Shown here: piece after piece, positions 16,087-27,236 of the stretch | How the letters are laid out: every line of letters starts with the position of its first letter | Position numbering within the stretch: the stretch's first letter is position 1 | Assembly (NCBI GenBank): GCA_045597865.1 | Contig: JAZLKX010000001.1 | Location: 32,001-96,000 of the forward strand | Direction: 5' to 3' | DNA from: Bacilli bacterium | GTDB taxonomy: Bacteria > Bacillota_I > Bacilli_A > RFN20 > CAG-826 | DNA: 64,000 bases | Translations under genes and position numbers: made by a program | Notes under the pieces: generated by a model | What the model was told of the DNA's origin: nothing | Database searches by the model: none | What the model saw: the letters and a program-made list of their open reading frames with translations, nothing else

Positions 16087-17820
16087 ATGCTAAAAAAAGT
16101 TAGGTATTTATTATCAAAAAAGGATAAGAAGAATTTAGTTTTTATTTTTTGCGTGATTCTTATTTCTGCTTTTCTAGATTTAGTTGGTGTATCTGCAATT
16201 TTGCCAATTATAGAATTGTTAGAAAAAGGAAATTCTGTAATTGATAGCAATAAGTATTTATCAATCATTAACAATATTTTTAATTTGAATTACGATTCTA
16301 AAAATCTTTGTTTAGTTTCACTAGCTATAATGAGTGTATTTTTCATTGTAAAGAGTTGCTACGCTTTATTTTCAGTTTATGTTATCAACAGATTTACAAT
16401 GAACTATTCTAGAAAACTTACAAAGAAATTAATGACTGCTTATCTATTATTCCCGTATGAATTTCACTTAGACAACAACTCTTCTGTTTTAATTAGAAAA
16501 TCTACCTATGATGTAACGAATTTTACTGAAGCAGTTACTCAGATTTTGAATTTTATTGTTAAGATTGTTTCGGCGACAGCTATCATTGTATTCTTGTTTG
16601 TAAAAGATTGGAGAGTTACCTCAATTTTAGCTGGTTTATTGGTTATTTTTTCAATTTTTATTCTCACTATTATTAAACCTAAATCTAAAAAGATTGGTAG
16701 ACAGTTGCAACAATTTAATTCACAAAATTATAAATATTTATCTCAAGCTTTTAATGGTATTAAAGAGAGCAAAATTTCGAATTCAGAATCATATTTTATT
16801 AATGAATATGATAGAAATAGAGTTAAAATCAATAACTTATCTTTAAAAAGAATTGTATTAAATAATATCCCATCACAAACCATTGATTTGATCGGAATGG
16901 TTGGAGTTTGCATTGCATTAGGTGTTGTAATTTTACTTGGTGTTGAGGCTTCTGACATTGTTATTACTTTCTCGATGTTTGTTTATGCAGTAATCAAATT
17001 ATTACCTGCAGTTACGACGATAACTTCCACAATTAATCACCTTCAATTTTATGAAGTGTCTATTTCTAGTTTGTATGATGATATCATACAATCTGAAAAT
17101 GAATCTTTTATTGAAAAAAGCGGTGGTGATGTTAAACAATTGCTTTTTAATGATGCAATAGAAGTTCAAAACGTTGACTTCTTTTATAGTTCCATTCCTG
17201 ATAGAAACGTATTAAATAATGTTTCCTTTAAAATTTCCAAAAACACGTCTGTTGCTATTAGTGGTGTTTCGGGTGCCGGCAAGACTACAATGGTAGATTT
17301 AATTTTAGGTTTACTTCCTTGTCGCAAAGGAAAAATTCTATGCGATGGTGTAGACATTTCTTCGAATATGCGAGGATGGAGAAAAAATATTTCATACATT
17401 CCACAAAATATTTACTTATGTGATGACACTATTCGTAGTAATGTTGCTTTCGGAATAAAAAAGAACAACATAGACGACAATATGGTTTGGGATGCTTTAG
17501 AAAAAGCACAACTTAAGGAATATGTTAAAGGACTGCCAAACGGTCTTGATACAGTCATTGGTGAGCGCGGCGTTAGAATGTCAGGCGGACAAAGACAAAG
17601 AATTGGTATTGCCAGAGCATTTTATAGAAATACTAATATTATTGTTTTTGATGAAGCCACATCTGCACTTGATTATGAAACAGAAAAGAGTATTTTAGAA
17701 CACGTTTCACAATATTCAGTTGATCACACTTTAATTATTATTACTCATAGACTTAATACTATTGAAACTTGCGATTCAATTTTTAAAGTTGAAAATGGTG
17801 GCGTTACACAAATTAAATAA
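16087..17820 (+). CDS. ABC transporter, fused permease/ATPase (PglK/WlaB-like glycan flippase)
   Basis: TM N-terminus; GVSGAGKTT, MSGGQRQRIGIARA, FDEATSALD; located in a polysaccharide locus. Confidence 0.85.
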   Translation: MLKKVRYLLSKKDKKNLVFIFCVILISAFLDLVGVSAILPIIELLEKGNSVIDSNKYLSIINNIFNLNYDSKNLCLVSLAIMSVFFIVKSCYALFSVYVINRFTMNYSRKLTKKLMTAYLLFPYEFHLDNNSSVLIRKSTYDVTNFTEAVTQILNFIVKIVSATAIIVFLFVKDWRVTSILAGLLVIFSIFILTIIKPKSKKIGRQLQQFNSQNYKYLSQAFNGIKESKISNSESYFINEYDRNRVKINNLSLKRIVLNNIPSQTIDLIGMVGVCIALGVVILLGVEASDIVITFSMFVYAVIKLLPAVTTITSTINHLQFYEVSISSLYDDIIQSENESFIEKSGGDVKQLLFNDAIEVQNVDFFYSSIPDRNVLNNVSFKISKNTSVAISGVSGAGKTTMVDLILGLLPCRKGKILCDGVDISSNMRGWRKNISYIPQNIYLCDDTIRSNVAFGIKKNNIDDNMVWDALEKAQLKEYVKGLPNGLDTVIGERGVRMSGGQRQRIGIARAFYRNTNIIVFDEATSALDYETEKSILEHVSQYSVDHTLIIITHRLNTIETCDSIFKVENGGVTQIK

Positions 17821-17829
17821 AAGGTTATC

Positions 17830-18612
17830 TTGATGCAAGAATTATCTTTGAATGAAGAAAAATCCATTGTCCTTGAAATACTTGATGAATTTCATAATTT
17901 TTGTAATAAAAATAATTTAAAGTATTCTTTATTTTACGGATCTTTGCTTGGTGCCATAAGGCATGAAGGATTTATCCCATGGGATGATGATATTGATGTT
18001 GTAATGCCAAGAGAAGATTATGATTTTTTTGTTAAAAATTACAAGAATGATAGATTTGAAGTTTTTTATTCAAAAACCAAAAACTTCTTTTTACCAAGTG
18101 CAAAAATGTTCGATAAACAAACTCTTAAAATTGAAAATGTTAAAGTAAGTAAAAAATTCGAAATTGGTTTAGATATAGATATATTTCCAATTGATTATAT
18201 TTCAAATATCGATGAATATGAAAAAATCCAAAAGAAAAAAAGAATTTGGATGAATTTAAAAATTCTTGCTTTTTATCCTCCTAAATCTAATAAAAACATT
18301 TTATTTAAATTGCTAGTGGCTGTAGCTCGTCCTTTTGGAAATTTGGCTGTTAGGAAAATAGATAGAATTGGTCAGAAATATAATAAAAAACAGCACAATT
18401 ATTGCATTGCAAATCCTATGTTTGGAAAAGAGAAGCTTATTTTCCCTATTGATATGTTTTCTGATTTAACTCTTCATAAATTTGCGAATAAAGAATTTTT
18501 AATTTCTAGTAAATATGATGAAATATTAAAAATAAGATATGGCGAGTATATGAAATTGCCACCAAAAGAAAACCAGGTGACCCACCATTCATTTAGTTGC
18601 TACAAAAAATAA
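17830..18612 (+). CDS. licD: LicD-family phosphotransferase
   Basis: YGSLLGAIRHEGFIPWDDDIDV, DIDIFPID, YGEYMKLPP. Confidence 0.92.
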   Translation: MMQELSLNEEKSIVLEILDEFHNFCNKNNLKYSLFYGSLLGAIRHEGFIPWDDDIDVVMPREDYDFFVKNYKNDRFEVFYSKTKNFFLPSAKMFDKQTLKIENVKVSKKFEIGLDIDIFPIDYISNIDEYEKIQKKKRIWMNLKILAFYPPKSNKNILFKLLVAVARPFGNLAVRKIDRIGQKYNKKQHNYCIANPMFGKEKLIFPIDMFSDLTLHKFANKEFLISSKYDEILKIRYGEYMKLPPKENQVTHHSFSCYKK

Positions 18613-18613
18613 T

Positions 18614-19753
18614 TTAATTTCTTTTTAAAATCTTTTTTACAAATCTTTTAATTTTATTTGCCAAAGTATCATTTTTTTGGACAAAATAATTTTTTAAACA
18701 TTTATTTTTATCTTCAAAATAATTATTCCAGAAAGTATCATAGCCAGCGCTTTTCTTAATCGGATACTGAAGCTGCGGTTGTAATACAGATGTTAAATTA
18801 ATTTCCTTTTTAATTCCAAATTCAAGATTGTTCATTAACATATTTGCTTTTTCTGTATGAACCATAAGAAGTGATAATCCATTATTGTCATCCAATTCAG
18901 GAAAAACTTTTTCAATTCCCCAACAATCTGCAATTGTAAAATCACATTCTCTTAATGCGGTGGTGTATGGGCAATGATAACACGATTCCCTCATAATTTT
19001 GTGTGAGTAGAATGCATTTGCCCAATTGTCTAACATTATTTTCTTGTTATTATTGAAAACAAATGATTCTTTGTGGACATGCCATCCAAGGCTTTTGTCT
19101 CTAAAATTAACCTTTATGATTTCTTTATGATATTTATGTTCAATATATTTTATATAATCGCCCCAAAGCTGTTGAGAAGGAACGCCGTGGCATATTATTC
19201 CGGCGGTAATTAAATTATCAATGTTTGTATTAGTAATTTTGAGGTAATTAATTAAAGAATGAACTTGGCACGGAGTTCCTGTGTATAAAACAAGTGAACC
19301 ATTATTGAGTAATTCCTTACATTCTTTAAAAGTGCTTTTCAAATCTGATTGTACGTATTTTGACCCCTTTAACTTGTCAACCTGTTCTTTAGTTTCGCAT
19401 TTAACGTGATTTATTGTTAGTTTATTTAACAAACTAGCACCAAATACGCATCCTTTTTTATTTATAACGTAATCGCTTAAAATTTTAAAAGCGGCACCAG
19501 ACTGACTTGTTTTTACTTCATTTATATCTTTGTGCCTAACAACATATGATTTAATAAAAGATCCAGAAGCGTCGAATTTTCTAAAATCGCAGGCTTTTTC
19601 ACACAGATTACAATGCGTGCATTTTGTTGAATCAACATCAGGATAGTAAAACCCTTTTTTGTCTTTTTTTAAACTTAGTGCATTAACAGGGCAAATTTGT
19701 ACACATGAGCCGCATCCGCAGCATTTATCTTTGTTAAAATTATCTAAAATCAT
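18614..19753 (-). CDS. 4Fe-4S / F420 hydrogenase beta-subunit-family protein
   Basis: CCGCGSCVQICP, CTHCNLCEKAC, GSKYVQS, GTPCQ, CHGVPS, RESCYHC. Confidence 0.85.
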   Translation of the reverse strand: MILDNFNKDKCCGCGSCVQICPVNALSLKKDKKGFYYPDVDSTKCTHCNLCEKACDFRKFDASGSFIKSYVVRHKDINEVKTSQSGAAFKILSDYVINKKGCVFGASLLNKLTINHVKCETKEQVDKLKGSKYVQSDLKSTFKECKELLNNGSLVLYTGTPCQVHSLINYLKITNTNIDNLITAGIICHGVPSQQLWGDYIKYIEHKYHKEIIKVNFRDKSLGWHVHKESFVFNNNKKIMLDNWANAFYSHKIMRESCYHCPYTTALRECDFTIADCWGIEKVFPELDDNNGLSLLMVHTEKANMLMNNLEFGIKKEINLTSVLQPQLQYPIKKSAGYDTFWNNYFEDKNKCLKNYFVQKNDTLANKIKRFVKKILKRN

Positions 19754-19755
19754 AA

Positions 19756-20838
19756 TTATTCAATGTCTTTTTTAAGTATTTTTAATGATGAGTTTTTATA
19801 ATCATTCATTTTCTTATTAATTGAGGCCCAATCTATGTTGCTATAGCCAACATCTTCAAAATTTTTGGATGTAATTTCTCTATTACCTATGTTTAAGTGT
19901 TCAATTAAATTTCTTATTCTTCCATTCATCATCTCATATTTTGGATTCATTTCAAAATAGAATGGTTTGTTATAAATCAAGCTTAATGCTAAACCGTGGA
20001 ATGATGTTGTTATAACTAATTCAGCATTGTTTAATAATGATAGGAATTGAAGAGGACCTGTAGAATTAATATTTTTGTATTTTCCAGGTAAAATTTTAGA
20101 ATTAAATGCATTATAAAAAACAACATCTAAATTGTATTTGCTTGATATTGAATTAATAAAACTAACTGAGTTAATTGGATCAAGTATAAAGTAAACTAAG
20201 ATATATTTTTTTGATTTTTTTCTTAATGGAGTAATTTTTAGCCACTCTTCTTTTGATAGTAAAAATACAGGGTCGCAACAGCAAACACAGTTTTTAAATC
20301 CCATCTTCTCTAGTTGAGGAATTCTTTCTTTTTCTCTGACATTTATCAGATTAAATTTTGATAATTCCTGGGAAATCCTAGGGTTTTTTAAATCATCACT
20401 GCCAAAGCTTGCAGCATATGATCTTCTCTTTTGTGGTTCTACTATGTCTAAATAATAGTGGAAATCATTTTTTGTAATATTTGTGTTCCAAACCTGATCA
20501 CTTCCACAAACAATGGAATCATATTTGCTATTGATTTGATCTATATCGGAATCAAAGTATGTAGGACTTAAATTTAGAAAAGAGTTTCTGAATTTTTTAT
20601 AATTTCTATTTGTTTTTATTCTTCCTGATTCTACTTTTGGATGTAATATGAATTTTACTGTATCCTTTGCAAAACGAATAAGGCCTTTTTTCCTATTGGA
20701 TTTAAAAGCAATACTTCTATAGTCTATGATTTCTGAAGTTTGGTATTTGGAAATAGTATTATGCAAAGCATAAGCTTGCAATAACGCCCCAGTATTTGTT
20801 GCTTGATGAAATGTTAGTATTCCTATTTTCTTATTCAT
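19756..20838 (-). CDS. Polysaccharide pyruvyl transferase family protein
   Basis: NTGALLQAYAL, GSDQVWN, YAASFG, VRE, DPVFLL, TSFHG. Confidence 0.9.
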   Translation of the reverse strand: MNKKIGILTFHQATNTGALLQAYALHNTISKYQTSEIIDYRSIAFKSNRKKGLIRFAKDTVKFILHPKVESGRIKTNRNYKKFRNSFLNLSPTYFDSDIDQINSKYDSIVCGSDQVWNTNITKNDFHYYLDIVEPQKRRSYAASFGSDDLKNPRISQELSKFNLINVREKERIPQLEKMGFKNCVCCCDPVFLLSKEEWLKITPLRKKSKKYILVYFILDPINSVSFINSISSKYNLDVVFYNAFNSKILPGKYKNINSTGPLQFLSLLNNAELVITTSFHGLALSLIYNKPFYFEMNPKYEMMNGRIRNLIEHLNIGNREITSKNFEDVGYSNIDWASINKKMNDYKNSSLKILKKDIE

Positions 20839-20853
20839 ATATTAAACAACCTT

Positions 20854-21543
20854 TCATTTTCTTTTCTTCAAGGATTTGTTTATAAACTTAACATAGTTGA
20901 ATTGATCTAAATATGTTTTTATTCTTGTGCTTGGTGTATGCGAACCAACCTTTATGTTTTCGCTTGGTACTTTAAAAGAAAACACATTTTTATATTTTGA
21001 AACATCTGTGTTTCTTAAGAAAATAACAAATGGATATTTAACATCTTGAAAGTCTTCAATATATTTATCTTGATTGATATGCGGAAATGGCGGAAATGAA
21101 AGATCGAAAATTACAATTGTTTTATCTTTGATAATTCTCTTCTTTCTTCCTTCCCATTTTTTATAAACATATTCGAAAGATGAATCATGAATAAAATGAA
21201 TTGTAAGAATAGGATATTTTTTATTATCCGGAATTAAAAGGCCTATAGGAAAATCAATAGAATTTTCCTTATCATGCACAAGATTCGCTTTTTGGGTATA
21301 CAAATCTAAATTGTGTACAAAACAAACGTAGTCTTCATCCTTTGGAAAATAGAAGTTTATTGTTGGAGAATTAAATTTTAATCCTAGGCGATGGTAAATG
21401 ATGCCTCCAGTACAATTGTTTGTTATTAAAGTAAAATTCTTTTCTTTTAACTTTAATTTTAAAAATGAAGTATATAAAAAACGAACGAATTTAATTTCGT
21501 TTCTATTGAGAAACTTTAAAAATCTAATAAATTTATTTTCCAT
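20854..21543 (-). CDS. DUF1919-family exopolysaccharide protein
   Basis: FTLITNNCTGGIIYHRLGLKFNSPTIN, IHFIHD, KWEGRKKRI. Confidence 0.8.
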   Translation of the reverse strand: MENKFIRFLKFLNRNEIKFVRFLYTSFLKLKLKEKNFTLITNNCTGGIIYHRLGLKFNSPTINFYFPKDEDYVCFVHNLDLYTQKANLVHDKENSIDFPIGLLIPDNKKYPILTIHFIHDSSFEYVYKKWEGRKKRIIKDKTIVIFDLSFPPFPHINQDKYIEDFQDVKYPFVIFLRNTDVSKYKNVFSFKVPSENIKVGSHTPSTRIKTYLDQFNYVKFINKSLKKRK

Positions 21544-22585
21544 TACTTAATAACCAATTATATACATCTTTCGACCATTCATCTAATGAATATTTTTTAA
21601 CAAGATTTTCTTTAAATTTTGTTGATTCGATTCCTTCAGTTAATGCATCATAATTGCACAATAATTTATGCATTTCCATCGCAAGACTTTTTGGATTTTG
21701 CGTTTTAAATTTGAACGAAAATTCATCATTATGTCTTTGCTCAGGAATATCAGAAAAGATAACAGGTGTTCCGCAATAAATTGATTCTACAATTGAATAG
21801 CAGAACGCTTCTTTTCTGCTTGGTGAAATAAAAATTTTATGTTCTTTATAAACTTTTGAAGGATTGCCTGATGAATAGATAACATTTATGTCACAATTTG
21901 GGAATTTTGCAGAAATCCCACGTGAATCCTCAATATTTTTAGAACAATAGATATCTAGTTTAACATTTAAATTAAATTGCTTTCTCAAATAATTAATGGC
22001 TTCACAGGCAATATCGACGCCTTTAATTTTCCAATCATATCCAAACATAGCAACTCCATTTTTTGATGATGCAATATTTTCATTAAATCTAGAAAAATCA
22101 ACTGCGTTTCTTACAACGTGAATGCTTTTGTGTTTAATAAAAGGTCTAAAAAATTTAATTAAAGGTTTTGATGCACAGATAACATGTAGATTAGAAGGCT
22201 TTCTTCTTTTCTTTATATTTAATTTTAGTAGTTGGAAATTAGTGAAATAAAGCTGTCCATGCGCGTGAAAATAAAATAAAGTAGATTTGTGCTTAAACGA
22301 AAGAGAGGTAACTGGCGCAACCGACAAGAAATGGCACCAACAAATATCTGGTTTATTTTCATTTATTGTTTTTTCAAACTCAGATTCAGAAAAATCTATA
22401 AAGATAACTTTTTTGTTTTTTGAAAATTCAGACATCCATTTTTGGTAATCCGGATTAGAAGATTTCGGAAAAACATAAATCATTTCAACTTTTGTATTAT
22501 AAAGTTTATGAAAAGACTCAAGCGAAGCAATAAAAGAACCTGAATACGTGTTTGCAAAGTTAGCTATTACTAGAATTTTCTTCAT
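21533..22585 (-). CDS. Glycosyltransferase family 4
   Basis: NAVD, KGVD, PSRKEAFCYSIVESIYCGTPVIFSD. Confidence 0.85.
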   Translation of the reverse strand: MKKILVIANFANTYSGSFIASLESFHKLYNTKVEMIYVFPKSSNPDYQKWMSEFSKNKKVIFIDFSESEFEKTINENKPDICWCHFLSVAPVTSLSFKHKSTLFYFHAHGQLYFTNFQLLKLNIKKRRKPSNLHVICASKPLIKFFRPFIKHKSIHVVRNAVDFSRFNENIASSKNGVAMFGYDWKIKGVDIACEAINYLRKQFNLNVKLDIYCSKNIEDSRGISAKFPNCDINVIYSSGNPSKVYKEHKIFISPSRKEAFCYSIVESIYCGTPVIFSDIPEQRHNDEFSFKFKTQNPKSLAMEMHKLLCNYDALTEGIESTKFKENLVKKYSLDEWSKDVYNWLLSNGK

Positions 22586-23451
22586 TTGTTTTTCCCAAAA
22601 ACTTTATTAAAACAATATTTTATAAACCATATTAATCTTTTAAATAAATATTTAATATAGTAAAAAATACCAAAAATACGAATACCATATTTCCAATACC
22701 TAATTCTATAATGTAATCTCCTGTCTGGTTTCCATGGTTTAGCAATGCCAGCATAATGAATGATTGATATTTTCTTACTTAAATATGACTTGTCATGAAT
22801 GAGATATAAAAGTGCAAATCTCATGTATTGGTCTGTTTCCCAACATGTTTTTTCTCCGTCAAAGAAAGTGTTCAAGAAATCTTGATCGCTTGCTCTAATT
22901 TCATATTTAACATTTTTTATTTCATTATTAAATGATTCAATGGTAGGAAATTTTTCAAGGAATAATTTAACATTAATCATAATTACTCCAGCGCATAAAT
23001 ATAAATCATCTTTTAGGCCGTATAACTGATTTCGTTCTTTTTGAATATCGAGAACTTCTTTTGTTCCAAGTAATGTGTAGGTTAATAATTTATCCGAATA
23101 ATAAAATTCAGTAATATCATCAACAACAATTGCGTCTCCATCAATATGAAAAATTCTATCAACATAGTCTGGTAAATAATATAAGCCAATAATTTTTAAA
23201 AGAACTTGATCAGACCATTTTCCAGTGATGCTTCCATCAATATGGTGTGGAACAACGATGCATTCGATTTTATCTTGCTTACGAATATATTTCTTTAAAA
23301 AAACAATGTCTTCATTCGGAAGTTTTTTATCATTATATTGAATTAAAAAGAAAACATTTTTTTCATCACTATGAGCATGCTTAGTAATTGAATAAAAAGT
23401 AACTGCAAGTGGTTTTACAAAGTTTCTATCGGTATCAACTATAAAATACAT
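22582..23451 (-). CDS. Glycosyltransferase family 8
   Basis: HIDGD, AGVIMIN, DQDFLN, IIHYAGIAKPW. Confidence 0.88.
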   Translation of the reverse strand: MYFIVDTDRNFVKPLAVTFYSITKHAHSDEKNVFFLIQYNDKKLPNEDIVFLKKYIRKQDKIECIVVPHHIDGSITGKWSDQVLLKIIGLYYLPDYVDRIFHIDGDAIVVDDITEFYYSDKLLTYTLLGTKEVLDIQKERNQLYGLKDDLYLCAGVIMINVKLFLEKFPTIESFNNEIKNVKYEIRASDQDFLNTFFDGEKTCWETDQYMRFALLYLIHDKSYLSKKISIIHYAGIAKPWKPDRRLHYRIRYWKYGIRIFGIFYYIKYLFKRLIWFIKYCFNKVFGKNK

Positions 23452-23526
23452 TATTTTATTATATTACATTATTTTTAATTTTAAAAGATATGTCGACATT
23501 AATAAAAATTAATGTATAATAAGTCT

Positions 23527-24381
23527 ATGCAAAATTCAATTAATTGTTTAATGTGTTTTGATAAGAAATATTCTTTTGGAGCATTGACTGCACTTTATTT
23601 TTTAATAAAAAATACTGATTTTGATGTTTTTAATATTTATTTAGAAACAGATATAAAGTTTAATAAAAAAGATATAAAAAAGATAAAATGCAGAAAGGTT
23701 GAAGTTAATTTAAATTATCTTGATTTAAATCATAATGTTTTTAGTAATTATTATGAATATAATAGAATGTCGTTATCATATTCTAAAATTTCGTCATTAT
23801 TTTTGTTGCCGTTTGATATTAATAAAATATTGTTTATTGATACTGATATGATAGTACAGAAAAATATAAGAACTTTTTATGAAAATGAAAATAACAAAAT
23901 TATTTCTGCTGTTAAGGATTGCGATGTGCTTCAAGAATTTGCAAAGTCATTGCCACTTAAACCTTTTAGCAATGAAACATATTTTAATGCAGGTTTATTT
24001 AAAATTGATTTAAATTTATTGCGTCAAAAATATGATTTGTCATCTATACTTTCAATTTTTGAACCTATAAAAAATAAACTTTTGCATCACGATCAAGACT
24101 TACTTAATATTTTGCTTCGTGATGATAAATTTGTTACAAATAATTATTTATATAATTATTATTTTTTAAATCCTTACAAGAAAGTTAAGAATTTGAAAGA
24201 ACTTTATGACGCTTATATTGTTCATTTTGTCGGTAATCCAAAACCTTGGTTTAAAAATTATACAAATCTATCATTAATGAAAATATTTTGGCTATATGGA
24301 AGACATATTAGTTTTACAAAGTTTGTGAAAGCATATGTTTATTCTTATCTTCATTTGATAAAAAGAAAGGTTTTTGGATAA
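23527..24381 (+). CDS. Glycosyltransferase family 8
   Basis: FIDTD, YFNAG, DQDLLN, VHFVGNPKPW; start moved to ATG 23527 behind TATAAT. Confidence 0.85.
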   Translation: MQNSINCLMCFDKKYSFGALTALYFLIKNTDFDVFNIYLETDIKFNKKDIKKIKCRKVEVNLNYLDLNHNVFSNYYEYNRMSLSYSKISSLFLLPFDINKILFIDTDMIVQKNIRTFYENENNKIISAVKDCDVLQEFAKSLPLKPFSNETYFNAGLFKIDLNLLRQKYDLSSILSIFEPIKNKLLHHDQDLLNILLRDDKFVTNNYLYNYYFLNPYKKVKNLKELYDAYIVHFVGNPKPWFKNYTNLSLMKIFWLYGRHISFTKFVKAYVYSYLHLIKRKVFG

Positions 24382-24468
24382 CGGGTAATAAGATAAAGGC
24401 TTTTTGCTGTATGAAGTGAAAATAATTACTTTTATTGATTATTTTTTATAGTATAATAAAAAAACGTA

Positions 24469-24888
24469 TTGAGTATGAAGAAATCTATTAGAGTTGTAAC
24501 ATTTGGTGTATTTGATTATTTCCATTACGGGCATTTAAAACTTTTTGAACAGTGCAAACAATACGGCAATTATCTAATTGTCGGTGTTCAAGATGATGCT
24601 GAAATATTAAAAAGAAAACCAAATCATCATATTTTTTATAATACGAATCAGAGAGTCGAAATTATTAAGAATTTAAGACTTGTTGACGAGGTTTTTGTAT
24701 CAAAACAAGTTGAATTAGATATTTCAAAGATTGATTTTGATGTACTTGCTTTAGGTGAAGATCAAAATCATGATGGCTTTAAATTTGCAATTGAATGGTG
24801 TAATAAAAACAACAAAAAAATTGTTTATCTAAAACGCACACAAGGAATTAGTTCCACATTAATTAAAGAAAATTTAGGAAAAAAATGA
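24469..24888 (+). CDS. TagD-like cytidylyltransferase
   Basis: TFGVFDYFHYGH, RTQGISSTLIK. Confidence 0.85.
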   Translation: MSMKKSIRVVTFGVFDYFHYGHLKLFEQCKQYGNYLIVGVQDDAEILKRKPNHHIFYNTNQRVEIIKNLRLVDEVFVSKQVELDISKIDFDVLALGEDQNHDGFKFAIEWCNKNNKKIVYLKRTQGISSTLIKENLGKK

Positions 24889-25976
24889 AAATTTTAGTAA
24901 CTGGATCTCAAGGATTCATGGGAAAACACCTTAGAAAAAGACTTGATATTGAAGGTATTGAGTATTTTTCTTTTGATGTTTCAAATACCGAAGAAGAATT
25001 AAAAACATATATTTTTGAATGTGATTTTGTTGTTCATTTAGCTGGAGTTATGAGGCCATTAAGCAATGAGGAATTTTATAATTCTAATTCTAATTTAACT
25101 AAGAAAATTTTGGATATTATCAAATCGACAGGAAAACCTATTCCATTTTTATTAGCAAGTTCGACTCAAGCTACACTGGATAACGATTATGGCAAAACAA
25201 AGAAAATGTGTGAAGATCTTGTTTTTGAATCCGGATTACCTGCATATGTTTATAGATTTACTAATGCATTTGGAAAATGGGGAAAACCAAATTACAACAG
25301 TGTTGCTTCAACATTCTTTTATAACATTGCTCATGATCTCGATATTTTCATAAGAGACCCTAACTTTGTTATACATTTTATTTATGTAGATGATATAGTA
25401 GATACAATTTTAGATTGTATAAAAGGCGCAAACAAACCATCTAGAGATATACTTTATGTTTCACCTGTTTATGATTGTACAATAGGTCACTTAGCTGAAT
25501 TAATTAAGTATTTTAAAAGTTGTATTGTAAGCGAAAAACATTTGCCAATAATTAAAGATGATTTTGAATTAAAGGTTTTTACAACATTTTGCGATTATTT
25601 TAGTGATGAAGGATATACTTTTAATTTTGCTAAAGACAGTCGTGGTTCTTTTGAAGAAATTTTTAAATCAAAAAAATATGGGCAAATTTCAATTAATAGG
25701 TCTTACCCTGGAATATTAAAAGGTGGTCATTACCATACTTTTAAAAATGAAATTTTTCAAACCGTTAAAGGAACATGTTTGACTCGTTTGAGAAAAATAG
25801 AAACCAATGTTATTGATAATTATGAAATGAATACACTTTCCCAAAACCAAGTGTATATTTACCCAAATTATACACACGATATTAGAAATATTGGAAAAGA
25901 GGAATCTGTGACTTTAATGTGGATTTCAGAAATTTATTCTGAAGATACTGCCGATACTTATAAGATGGATGTTTAA
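24885..25976 (+). CDS. fnlB: CapF/FnlB/WbjC-type SDR plus cupin enzyme
   Basis: ILVTGSQGFMGK, YGKTK, FGKWGKPNYNS, DSRGSF, KGGHYH. Confidence 0.8.
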   Translation: MKILVTGSQGFMGKHLRKRLDIEGIEYFSFDVSNTEEELKTYIFECDFVVHLAGVMRPLSNEEFYNSNSNLTKKILDIIKSTGKPIPFLLASSTQATLDNDYGKTKKMCEDLVFESGLPAYVYRFTNAFGKWGKPNYNSVASTFFYNIAHDLDIFIRDPNFVIHFIYVDDIVDTILDCIKGANKPSRDILYVSPVYDCTIGHLAELIKYFKSCIVSEKHLPIIKDDFELKVFTTFCDYFSDEGYTFNFAKDSRGSFEEIFKSKKYGQISINRSYPGILKGGHYHTFKNEIFQTVKGTCLTRLRKIETNVIDNYEMNTLSQNQVYIYPNYTHDIRNIGKEESVTLMWISEIYSEDTADTYKMDV

Positions 25977-25979
25977 TTT

Positions 25980-27143
25980 ATGTCTGATGTTAAGCAATAT
26001 AAACTAGTTTATGTTGGTGGTGCGATTGATCATATTATTTTGCCAATAATTAAAGAATTCTATAAAAATTATGGTGGTGATTTTTTATTTATCTCAACTT
26101 ATGAAAAAGCTGGCCTTAGAACTGATATTGGCTATAGTTTTGCTCCATCAGATTATCCATTTGTCAAAACCGCATATACCTCTAAAAAAGATTTTCGAGA
26201 TTGCAAAAAACTAATTAAAAAAGCTAAGGTTGTCATATATCAAAGAGTAGAACACAAATCCATTATCAGAGGCAGATTATTCACACGAAAAATCACATTC
26301 AAATGTACCGAAAGGTTATATAAGAAGAAAACAACACCAAAAAATTTTTTAAGGAGAGTTTTAGGCACAATTTATCATTATCATTTGTTCAATAAACATA
26401 ATAAATATGTTTTGTGCATGGGTGGATACGCTGCAGCAGACCTTAAAAAAGCTCATCTTTTTAAAGGCAAAATGTTGACTTGGGGTTATTTTACTGATAC
26501 TACTAAAACTCCTTATGAACAGCTTTTAAAATTGAAAGAAAAAGATGATATAAACTCTTTCTGCTGGGTTGGACGTTTTGTCCCGGAAAAACAACCAATG
26601 ATGGTTTTAGAATTAGCTAAATTCTTAAAAAGCAAAAACATAAATTTTAAAATTAAAATGTGTGGTTATGGATCACTTATTGATGATTGTAATTCATATG
26701 TTTCAGACAACAATTTAACTGACTGTGTTGATATTTTAGGACCTCTTCCTTTAAAAGAAAAAGAGGAGCTAATGAATTCATCTAAATATTTTTTATTTAC
26801 ATCAAACAGAGAAGAGGGCTGGGGTGCAGTAGTGAATGAAGCTATGGGTTCTGCATGTGTTTGCTTTGCTCCTAAAGAAGCAGGATCTCCAAAAACATTA
26901 ATTGATGATTTAAATAATGGTTATTTATATTCTTCCGAAAATCAGGATGATTTAAATAATCTTGTAATTTCTGTTTTAAGTAAGAAAGATAATGAAAAAA
27001 TTCAAAAAAATGCATACGAAAGCATTTCCGGTTGTTGGAATACGAAAGTTGCCGTAAAAAGGCTTTGCAAGTTTATAGATAATCTTTTAGATTATAATAA
27101 AATTATTTTCGAAGATTATGGACCGTGCTCTGAAGCTAAATAA
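25980..27143 (+). CDS. Glycosyltransferase family 4
   Basis: WVGRFVPEKQP, EGWGAVVNEAM. Confidence 0.88.
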   Translation: MSDVKQYKLVYVGGAIDHIILPIIKEFYKNYGGDFLFISTYEKAGLRTDIGYSFAPSDYPFVKTAYTSKKDFRDCKKLIKKAKVVIYQRVEHKSIIRGRLFTRKITFKCTERLYKKKTTPKNFLRRVLGTIYHYHLFNKHNKYVLCMGGYAAADLKKAHLFKGKMLTWGYFTDTTKTPYEQLLKLKEKDDINSFCWVGRFVPEKQPMMVLELAKFLKSKNINFKIKMCGYGSLIDDCNSYVSDNNLTDCVDILGPLPLKEKEELMNSSKYFLFTSNREEGWGAVVNEAMGSACVCFAPKEAGSPKTLIDDLNNGYLYSSENQDDLNNLVISVLSKKDNEKIQKNAYESISGCWNTKVAVKRLCKFIDNLLDYNKIIFEDYGPCSEAK

Positions 27144-27236
27144 ATTTTTATTATTAACTATTATATATGGGAATTTATATTTAGTGCTCTAATGTGCTAC
27201 CTATTTTTAATATTATGATATAATATATTAAACGTT

